A DNA stretch of 62,974 bases, the filler included, from Octopus bimaculoides (lineage: Eukaryota): the NCBI RefSeq assembly GCF_001194135.2. It is 12 parts of 11 records of this genome, joined end to end, with 100 filler letters (N's around TTAATTAATTAA, not from the genome) between each part and the next. Parts side by side here need not be neighbours in the genome. Positions count along the whole stretch, not along the records: positions 60,158 to 62,974 come from NW_026330693.1; 11 more parts are not named here. One strand, 5' to 3'. How positions within the stretch are numbered: the first letter of the stretch is position 1; the number at the start of each line of letters is the position of its first letter. Positions 61,655 to 62,974 of this stretch are shown here, in pieces. The notes under the pieces were generated by a model. That model saw only the letters and a program-made list of their open reading frames with translations, had not been told where the DNA came from and ran no database searches. The translations under genes and the position numbers were made by a program.

Positions 61655-61760
61655 GTAGTTCTCAACAATTTATTTTTACCTTTGGACTCCTTTGATTCCT
61701 ATTTTACTTTGGTGGAACCCCCATAGCGATTCAGTGTTTAAAAATTAGTTTTATGGACAC
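61655..61760 (+). mobile_element. Possible hAT-type MITE end
   Basis: cagtagttctcaac resembles hAT MITE termini; no partner end found. Confidence 0.3.
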
Positions 61761-62059
61761 TTCTTCTGGAATTCCTTTGTTTTCCACACATTCATACATG
61801 TAGGTTTGCAATAGAACTCACCAAGAAAACATGATTCAGTTGCTAATCAAAGTAGTGACCTTTCAGCATTTGTGACTTTTTCCACAAATCACACTATACT
61901 GTATGGTCAGGACATTACATCATAATTGCAATATGGCTTGGGCATACAAGTGCTTTCTTCAGAATCGTCTGGGTATGCTTCACTAAAATGTTTCAGTGTG
62001 GTGCACCAACATTGCCACAGTGCAATGAACAACAAAAGTCAAAGAATCTGTATAAATAT

Positions 62060-62303
62060 AAATGTGTGTGTGCGCATCTCCATTTGATTATATATGTGCA
62101 TACATACACACATACATATATATGTGTGTGTCTACACATGCACACACACACACATATATATATATACTTACACGTATATATATCTATATATGTATGTATA
62201 TGTATACATATGTATATATACATATTGTAGTGATCAATAAATACTCTTGTTTCTTCCATTTTCTGTCTCTCATTAATCAAATGTATGTGTGTGTGTGTGT
62301 GTG

Positions 62304-62372
<69 letters not shown>

Positions 62373-62690
62373 TTATATATGTACATGTATATGTACGTCT
62401 AGCTGCATATATGTATATATATGTACACACACACATATATATATAGAGAGAGTATATCCTATATATATGGATATATGTATGTATGAATACATGCACATCT
62501 ATATATCTGTATATGCATATTATATATGTATATTTATGTATATATATATGTGTGTATGTTTCTATGCATGTCTATATGTATATATATATATATATGTATA
62601 TATGTGTGTATGTGTGTATGCATATATTGACTATTGACACACACACATACATGTACACACACACAAACATATACAAACATACACACATAT
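62060..62690. repeat. Degenerate (TA/TG/CA) simple repeat
   Basis: Direct reading. Confidence 0.9.
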
Positions 62691-62974
62691 ACACCTTGTT
62701 GGCTATTTGGCTTATTTATCATTGCCACCCCACTTTCTTCTGGCTTTCATATATCAAATACCCTATTTTATACCATCCATGTATCCTGTTCCTTTCTCTC
62801 TGTTGTCAGAAGGTATATTTCATCTGATGCAGTTTATAGATCTAAACTAATTGGGTCACTGATGACTACAAAGAACTTTAACTCTTTGAAGGGTAGATGT
62901 TGCAAGTATGATGGCTCTATGTGTGTGTGGTGGAGTGTATGTATGTGTATGCACTTGTATATATATATATATAT

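Noticed and set aside
61780-61900. Minus-strand VICGKS..ESCF..YCKP, faintly LIM- or zinc-finger-like
   Set aside because: Needs a frameshift and read-through of a stop, and the ligand spacing does not fit.

Overview
Eukaryotic, AT-rich, gap-ridden DNA made almost entirely of repeats, with no confidently identifiable host protein-coding gene, tRNA gene or CRISPR array. The SINE families and the density of (TA)/(TG)/(TACA)/triplet microsatellites suggest an octopod cephalopod; this is inference from recalled repeat families, not a database match. Eleven identical 100-bp spacers (44 N + TTAATTAATTAA + 44 N) are scaffolding linkers, so adjacency across them is unproven. Recognisable elements: a near-complete mariner pseudogene lying tail-to-tail with a DD37D/maT-like pseudogene; further DD37D, Tc1, mariner-MITE and hAT fragments; R4/Dong-type, HERO/NeSL-like, RTE and L1/Tx1-like LINE remnants; two Penelope GIY-YIG remnants; many tRNA-derived SINEs of at least three head types; several palindromic or long-TIR MITEs; and an 18S rRNA-derived fragment. 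Best leads: (1) a five-copy short repeat carrying a minimal hammerhead-ribozyme-like motif with a covarying stem II but non-canonical cores; (2) an R4/Dong derivative with its RT domain deleted and the flanks fused in frame; (3) an 18S fragment joined directly to a transposase remnant; (4) several fold-back structures, including a SINE with an inverted head and a pre-miRNA-sized hairpin. Most ORFs in the supplied track are microsatellite or N-gap artefacts.
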